Shown: piece after piece, positions 58,376-64,000 of the stretch
Position numbering within the stretch: the first letter of the stretch is position 1
Layout: every line of letters begins with the position of its first letter
NCBI GenBank assembly: GCA_050331395.1
Contig: JBHJGX010000017.1
Span: 5,660-69,659, forward strand
Direction: 5' to 3'
From: Paracoccaceae bacterium
Lineage (GTDB): Bacteria > Pseudomonadota > Alphaproteobacteria > Rhodobacterales > Rhodobacteraceae
DNA length: 64,000 bases
Program-made: the position numbers and the translations under genes
The notes under the pieces: model-generated
What the model was told of the DNA's origin: nothing
Seen by the model: the letters and a program-made list of their open reading frames with translations, nothing else
Databases searched by the model: none

Positions 58376-59449
58376 TCAACCCGTCCGGGGATGAAGTCTT
58401 GTAATGTGCCCCATCTTGCGGCCGGGCCGTGCCGCGCTCTTGCCGTAGATATGCAGCGCCGCGTCCTCGGCCGCGCGATTGGCCCAACCCTCGATATCGC
58501 TGCCGATCAGGTTCTCCATCACCGCGTCCGAGTGCCGCCGCCCGTCGCCGAGCGGCCAGCCGGTCACCGCGCGGATATGCTGCTCGAACTGATCGATCAG
58601 GCAGGCCTCCATGGTCCAGTGGCCGGTATTGTGCACCCGCGGCGCGATTTCATTGACCAAAAGTCGCCGGCCGACCGCGAACATCTCCACGCCCATCACG
58701 CCCACATAATCGAGGGCGGTGACGATCCGCCCGGCGCTCAGCACCGCATCCTGCAGGACTGGGCGGGCAATCGGTGCCGGCACGCGGGTCTCGCGCAAGA
58801 TCCCGCCATCGTGACGGTTGGCGCCGGGATCGTAGCAAACCACCCGCCCGTCGAGACCGCGCGCGGCGATCACCGAGATCTCCAGATCGAAGCCGACGCG
58901 CCCCTCGAGGATCGCGGGCTGGCAGCCGATCGCCTCCCAGGCGGCGGCAGCGTCCTCGGGACGCGCGATGGGGGCCTGGCCTTTGCCGTCATAGCCGAAG
59001 CGCCGGCTCTTGAGGATCGCCGGGCAGCCGATGTCCCCGAGCGCCGCCGCCAGATCGCCGGGACCGGAGACGGCCGCCCAGGGGGCCGTCGCGATGCCCG
59101 TCTGGTTGAGGAATTGTTTCTCCGCCACCCGGTCCTGGGCGATCGCGAGGGTGCCGGGCGACGGGCGCACGGGCGCGTGACGGGCGAGGATCTCGGCGGT
59201 CGCAGCCGGGACGTTCTCGAACTCGAAGGTCACCACATCGACCCCGGCAGCGAAGGTCGCAAGCGCGTCTGCGTCCTCGAAGCTTGCGCGCAGGTGCCGG
59301 GCGAGATGGGCGGCCGGCGGATCTTCAGCGGGATCGAACACCACCGCGCGGAAGCCGAGCCGCGCCGCCGCCATCGCCAGCATCCGCCCGAGCTGGCCGC
59401 CCCCGAGGATGCCGATCCGGCTCCCGGGCGGCAGCGCCTCAGAGCTCAC
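58376..59449 (-). CDS. purK: N5-carboxyaminoimidazole ribonucleotide synthase
   Basis: [39 protein letters not shown] and RKMGH. Confidence 0.96.
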   Translation of the reverse strand: MSSEALPPGSRIGILGGGQLGRMLAMAAARLGFRAVVFDPAEDPPAAHLARHLRASFEDADALATFAAGVDVVTFEFENVPAATAEILARHAPVRPSPGTLAIAQDRVAEKQFLNQTGIATAPWAAVSGPGDLAAALGDIGCPAILKSRRFGYDGKGQAPIARPEDAAAAWEAIGCQPAILEGRVGFDLEISVIAARGLDGRVVCYDPGANRHDGGILRETRVPAPIARPVLQDAVLSAGRIVTALDYVGVMGVEMFAVGRRLLVNEIAPRVHNTGHWTMEACLIDQFEQHIRAVTGWPLGDGRRHSDAVMENLIGSDIEGWANRAAEDAALHIYGKSAARPGRKMGHITRLHPRTG

Positions 59450-59930
59450 GTACCGGCTCCTCGGCAACGCCCTCGGTTTGTGCAAGGCGCCAGGCGTCGA
59501 GCCGGGCCGCAAGCGCCGCATCCGACGTCGCGAGCATCGCCGCCGCGAAGAGCGCCGCATTGGCCGCGCCCGCCTCGCCGATCGCAAAGGTCGCGACCGG
59601 GACCCCCTTCGGCATCTGGACGATGGAGAGAAGACTGTCGAGCCCCGAGAGCGCCCGGCTCTGTACCGGCACGCCAAGCACGGGCACGCGCGTCTTGGCG
59701 GCCAGCATCCCCGGCAGATGCGCCGCCCCCCCTGCGCCAGCGATAATCGCGCCCAGCCCGCGGTCGGCGGCCGCCTCCGCATAGGCGAAGAGCCTATCGG
59801 GCGTCCGATGCGCCGAGACGATCCGGACCTCCCGGGCGATATCGAGCGCCTCCAGCACCGCGTCCGCGCGCGCCATGGTCGGCCAGTCCGACTGGCTCCC
59901 CATCACGATGCCGATCTTTGCCGTGCCCAT
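59439..59930 (-). CDS. purE: N5-CAIR mutase
   Basis: [26 protein letters not shown] and [13 protein letters not shown]. Confidence 0.97.
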   Translation of the reverse strand: MGTAKIGIVMGSQSDWPTMARADAVLEALDIAREVRIVSAHRTPDRLFAYAEAAADRGLGAIIAGAGGAAHLPGMLAAKTRVPVLGVPVQSRALSGLDSLLSIVQMPKGVPVATFAIGEAGAANAALFAAAMLATSDAALAARLDAWRLAQTEGVAEEPVREL

Positions 59931-59939
59931 GGGTATGCC

Positions 59940-60140
59940 TCAGGCGATGATATCGGGGTAAAGCACGTCTTCGATCCGGGCGATCCGGTCCTTGACGGCG
60001 AGCTTGCGCTTCTTGAGCCGCTGGATCTGGAGCCGGTCGGGCGAGGGCCGGGCCTCCTCCTCGCGGATCTCCCGCTCGAGCGCCGCGTGCTCCTGACGCA
60101 GAAGAACCAGCTCCGCCTTGAGAAGATCGTCCTCGCCCAT
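59940..60140 (-). CDS. DUF465/YdcH family coiled-coil protein
   Basis: LRQEHAALEREI and QRLKKRKLAVKDRI motifs; upstream of purE. Confidence 0.88.
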   Translation of the reverse strand: MGEDDLLKAELVLLRQEHAALEREIREEEARPSPDRLQIQRLKKRKLAVKDRIARIEDVLYPDIIA

Positions 60141-60321
60141 GCCGTTCCGTCTCGCCTTTCCCGACCGCGCTCGGCTCCTAACGCACTTCCGTGATGCGGG
60201 AAACGCCTTTCCCCGCTTCTTTCGCAGGATGGCGAGGGCGCAGATGCGAACGCCGGCACGTTGATTGGACATTGGCCCGTCCCCAGCTTACGGTCTGCAA
60301 TCTTCGGCGCTGAGGGAAGCG

Positions 60322-60501
60322 ATGCTGACGAAACTGCTATTCACTGCGCTCATCCTCGCGCTTGCCTGGCTGGTCTTCTTCCGACGCCGGCCGCGACCCT
60401 CCGCGCCTCAACCGCCGCGCATCCGGCTGGTGCGGTGTCCTGTCTGCCGCATTCACCATCCCCAAGGGGCGCCCTGCGCCTGTCAGCGGCTGCCCGACTG
60501 A
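60322..60501 (+). CDS. Small membrane-anchored protein with CxxC...CxC
   Basis: MLTKLLFTALILALAWLVFF TM followed by RCPVCRIHH...CAC; GAGGG RBS. Confidence 0.62.
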   Translation: MLTKLLFTALILALAWLVFFRRRPRPSAPQPPRIRLVRCPVCRIHHPQGAPCACQRLPD

Positions 60502-60556
60502 GCCGCCTCCCGACCCTGCGGCCGCCCGGCCGTCGGACCGATCCGAAGGACACTCC

Positions 60557-61525
60557 ATGCTGAGCGACCTCGTCTATATCGTGCTCGGGCTCGTTCTCCT
60601 CGTCGGCGCCGGCGACGCGCTGGTTCGCGGAGCCGTGGCCCTCTCGCTCCGCCTCGGGCTCTCGGCCATGCTGGTCAGCGCCACGGTCGTCGCCTTCGGA
60701 ACCTCGGCGCCCGAGCTTCTGATCTCGGTGCAGGCCGCGCTCGCCGGGTCGCCGGGGATCGCGCTCGGCAATGTCGTCGGCTCGAACATCGCGAATGTGC
60801 TCCTCGTACTCGGCGTGCCCGCGCTGATCCGGCCGCTGGCGGGCTGCGGGACCGAAGCGCATCGAAACCTCTATTTCATGATCGCGGCGACGGCGCTCTT
60901 CACGGCGCTGGTCTTCAGCGGCGAGATCGCCCTTCTCGGCGGGCTGGCGCTTCTTGCTCTGACCGCGCTCATGGTCGGCGACTCGGTGCGCATCGCGCTC
61001 CGCGGCGGCGGCAACGGCCCCTCCGAGGCGGATCTGGCCGAGATCGAGGACATCGACCCGCATATGGATGTCTGGAAGGTCCTGCTGCTCATCGGCGCCG
61101 GGCTGATCGGCCTGCCCCTCGGCGCGCATCTTCTCGTCGACGGCGCCCAGAGCATCGCCCGCGATCTCGGCGTGTCCGAGGCGGTCATCGGCCTCACGAT
61201 CGTGGCGATCGGTACGTCGTTACCGGAACTGGCAACCACCGTCGTCGCGGCGATCCGCGGGCAAGCGGACGTCGCCATCGGCAACGTCATAGGTTCCAAC
61301 ATCTTTAACATCACCGCGATCATCGGCACGGCTGCCCTCTTTGCGCCGCTGCCGATCCCGCCCGAGATCCTCACCCGCGACGTCTGGGTCATGCTGCTCG
61401 CGAGCGCGGTCCTGGTTCCTTACGTGCTCTTTTGCCGCTCTTTCGGCCGCGCGACGGGCACGGCTTTCGTCCTGGCCTATGCGGGCTATCTCTGTTTCAC
61501 CGCGACCGCAGCGACGGCCGGCTGA
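60557..61525 (+). CDS. Calcium/sodium antiporter (YrbG/CaCA family)
   Basis: Two alpha repeats: AFGTSAPEL...GNVVGSNIAN and AIGTSLPEL...GNVIGSNIFN. Confidence 0.94.
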   Translation: MLSDLVYIVLGLVLLVGAGDALVRGAVALSLRLGLSAMLVSATVVAFGTSAPELLISVQAALAGSPGIALGNVVGSNIANVLLVLGVPALIRPLAGCGTEAHRNLYFMIAATALFTALVFSGEIALLGGLALLALTALMVGDSVRIALRGGGNGPSEADLAEIEDIDPHMDVWKVLLLIGAGLIGLPLGAHLLVDGAQSIARDLGVSEAVIGLTIVAIGTSLPELATTVVAAIRGQADVAIGNVIGSNIFNITAIIGTAALFAPLPIPPEILTRDVWVMLLASAVLVPYVLFCRSFGRATGTAFVLAYAGYLCFTATAATAG

Positions 61526-61542
61526 GCATTTCGGGAGGCGGC

Positions 61543-62331
61543 ATGGGGCCGGGACGCGCGCTTATCACCGGCGGCGCCAGACGGATCGGGCGGGCCCTCG
61601 CCCTCGATCTTGCGGCGGCGGGCTGGGATGTGGCGATCCATTACAATGGATCGGCTGAGGCGGCTGAGGCGACCGTGGCTGAGATCAGGGAGGCCGCCCG
61701 GCGGGGGGTCGCGCTCCGGGGCGATCTGCTCGACCCGCGCGCCGTGCCCGATCTGGTGCCGACCGCAGCCGAAACGCTCGGCGGGCCGCTCACGCTTCTC
61801 GTGAACAATGCATCGCTCTTCGAGAACGACCGCGTGGGGTCCATCACCGCCGAGACTTGGTCACGTGCCATGGAAACCAACCTGCACGGCCCGGTCCTGC
61901 TGACCCAGGCCTTTGCCGCGCAGGCGCCCCGCGCCGCCGTCGATCCAGCGGGAGAGCCCGTTGCGCAGGCCGTCGTCGTCAACCTCATCGACCAGCGGGT
62001 GTGGAAGCCGACGCCGTTCTTTCAATCCTACACGCTCGCGAAATCCGCGCTCCTGAGCTTTACCCGCACCGCCGCGCAAGCGCTTGCGCCCGACATCCGG
62101 GTTGCGGCGATCGGGCCTGGGCCGACCCTGCGCGCCGAGCGCCAGTCCGAGGCGCATTTCCGTCGGCAACGCGCCGCCTGCGTCCTCAGCCGCGGCTCGG
62201 ATCCGGAGGATATCGCGGCGGCCCTGCGGTTCATCATCGGTTGCAAGGCGTTTACCGGTCAGATGCTCGCGATCGACGGAGGCCAGCACCTTGCCTGGGA
62301 GACGCCGGACGTCCAAGGCGTCGATCTGTGA
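61543..62331 (+). CDS. SDR family oxidoreductase (pteridine reductase-like)
   Basis: ITGGARRIG, VNNASLFE, YTLAK, IGPGPTL and DGGQHL. Confidence 0.88.
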   Translation: MGPGRALITGGARRIGRALALDLAAAGWDVAIHYNGSAEAAEATVAEIREAARRGVALRGDLLDPRAVPDLVPTAAETLGGPLTLLVNNASLFENDRVGSITAETWSRAMETNLHGPVLLTQAFAAQAPRAAVDPAGEPVAQAVVVNLIDQRVWKPTPFFQSYTLAKSALLSFTRTAAQALAPDIRVAAIGPGPTLRAERQSEAHFRRQRAACVLSRGSDPEDIAAALRFIIGCKAFTGQMLAIDGGQHLAWETPDVQGVDL

Positions 62332-62622
62332 GCGTGACCGGCCGGATGGGAGGGTTTTCCACGTCTCACAGCCCTACGATCGTGGAGGGTCTCACCGGCG
62401 GGACGGCCCTAATGTGTTGCAAAGCGCAAAGCAAGAATTTTAAGTTTCCCAGACATTTCAATGCCTTAAAAGATTGCATAAAATTTAGGCACACCGATGA
62501 AAGGTTAATGATCCCGGTTTTCTGGACCGGTCGCCCAGAGGTTTCCCACATTGTTATCCACAGGTTTCGGGGAGATCTTTTCGCTTGAAGCCGGCCGCGG
62601 ATTTACCCCACGAACCTGACCC
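62332..62622. other. Candidate chromosomal replication origin (AT-rich core, DnaA boxes, IHF-like site)
   Basis: About 36% GC over 62411-62520 (hand count); TTATCCACA 62554-62562; TTTCCCACA 62542-62550; TTTTCCACG 62355-62363; TTTCAATGCCTTA 62456-62468. Confidence 0.6.
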
Positions 62623-64000
62623 ATGAGTGACGCCGATTCGACCTCGTCCACGACCGATGCCGGCCCCCGGCCCGCCGTCGTGACCGGACCCGATGTCATC
62701 AAGGGCTACCTGCCGCGGCTTAAGGACAAGCCGGGCGTCTACCGGATGCTCGACCGAACGGGCGAGGTCCTTTATGTTGGAAAGGCGCGCGCCCTCAAGA
62801 AGCGTGTCGCGTCCTATGCGAAATTTGGCGGACACACGAACCGGATTGCTCGGATGATCGCCGAGACGGCCGCGATGGAGTTCATTTCCACCGAGACCGA
62901 GACCGAGGCTCTGCTCCTCGAGGCGAACCTCATCAAACAGCTCCGACCGCGGTTCAACGTCCTGCTGCGCGACGACAAATCCTTTCCGCACATTCTCATC
63001 GAGGCCGGCGCCTATCCGCTCATGCGTAAACATCGGGGCGCGCGAAAGGACAAAGGCCAGTATTTCGGCCCGTTCGCCTCGGCCGGCGCGGTCAATCGCA
63101 CGCTAAATCAGATGCAAAAGGCGTTTCTGCTCCGCACCTGTACGGACAGCGTCTTTGAAAGCCGGACCCGTCCGTGCCTTCTTTATCAAATCAAACGCTG
63201 CAGCGCGCCCTGCGTCGGCTATGTGTCGGAGGAGGACTATGCGGCTCTCGTCGAGGATGCCTGCCGGTTCCTCGAAGGGCGCTCGACCCGCGTGCAGCAG
63301 GACCTGGCCGCGCGGATGACCGAAGCGGCGCGCGGTATGGAGTTCGAGCGCGCGGCCATCTATCGCGACCGGATCCGCGCAATGGCCCAGATCCAGGGGC
63401 ATCAGGGCATCAATCCGCGCGTCACTGCCGAGGCCGATGTGATCGCCCTCCACCGCGAAGGCGGCCAAGCCTGCGTGCAGGTCTTCTTCTTCCGCAGTCA
63501 CCAAAATTGGGGAAACCGGGCGCATTTCCCACGGATCTCCGCCGAAGACAGCGACGAGACCATTCTGGAGGCGTTCCTCGGCCAGTTCTACTCAGAGAAA
63601 TCGCCGCCCCGGATGGTGCTTCTCAGTCACGAGACCCCCGGTCAGGCTCTCCTCGCCGAGGCACTCGCCACGCTCGCCGGGCGCCGGGTCGCCGTCGCTG
63701 TCCCGCAACGGGGCGAAAAGCGCGAACTGGTCGATCATGCCCGGCAAAACGCCCGGGAAGCGCTCGCCCGCAAACTCGCCGAGAGCGCGAGCCAGGCCAA
63801 ACTGCTCGACGGGCTTGCGGAGGCCTTCGGGCTGGACAGCCCGCCCGGACGGATCGAGGTCTATGACAACAGCCACATTCAAGGCGCCAACGCCGTCGGC
63901 GCGATGATCGTCGCGGGCCCCGAGGGCTTTCACAAAAGCCAGTACCGGAAGTTCAACATCAAAGACGCGGAGCTTACCCCCGGGGACGATTTCGGCATGA
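62623..64000 (+). CDS. uvrC: Excinuclease ABC subunit C, 5' part (runs off window end)
   Basis: [53 protein letters not shown] and RIEVYDNSH; absent from the ORF track because there is no stop in the window. Confidence 0.97.
   Translation, partial: MSDADSTSSTTDAGPRPAVVTGPDVIKGYLPRLKDKPGVYRMLDRTGEVLYVGKARALKKRVASYAKFGGHTNRIARMIAETAAMEFISTETETEALLLEANLIKQLRPRFNVLLRDDKSFPHILIEAGAYPLMRKHRGARKDKGQYFGPFASAGAVNRTLNQMQKAFLLRTCTDSVFESRTRPCLLYQIKRCSAPCVGYVSEEDYAALVEDACRFLEGRSTRVQQDLAARMTEAARGMEFERAAIYRDRIRAMAQIQGHQGINPRVTAEADVIALHREGGQACVQVFFFRSHQNWGNRAHFPRISAEDSDETILEAFLGQFYSEKSPPRMVLLSHETPGQALLAEALATLAGRRVAVAVPQRGEKRELVDHARQNAREALARKLAESASQAKLLDGLAEAFGLDSPPGRIEVYDNSHIQGANAVGAMIVAGPEGFHKSQYRKFNIKDAELTPGDDFGM

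Overview
GC-rich (roughly 70% by eye) alphaproteobacterial chromosome segment. Gene order and content resemble Rhodobacterales/Rhodobacteraceae. It is mostly core genes: groES and the 5' part of groEL with a CIRCE operator, leuA, mreBCD-mrdA-rodA, bdhA, a glycerol ABC transporter divergent from glpD-glpK, lutABC, rplY, ileS-lspA-two M16 peptidases-panC, rpsU, purEK and the 5' part of uvrC. I found no transposase, integrase, rRNA, tRNA or CRISPR array. The most notable items not explained by routine annotation are: (1) a secreted LecA/PA-IL-like lectin gene inside the glycerol transport operon; (2) a 199-bp multi-hairpin element present twice in inverted orientation around a DpkA-like reductase and a YegP-like gene; (3) an AT-rich, DnaA-box- and IHF-site-containing interval upstream of uvrC that looks like oriC; (4) a promoter-hairpin-terminator unit upstream of bdhA that looks like a ~77-nt sRNA; (5) apparently leaderless leader peptides with hairpins upstream of leuA (Leu4) and ileS; (6) two orphan VPLPA-CTERM surface proteins. 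All family assignments come from motif recognition by eye. No database searches were run.
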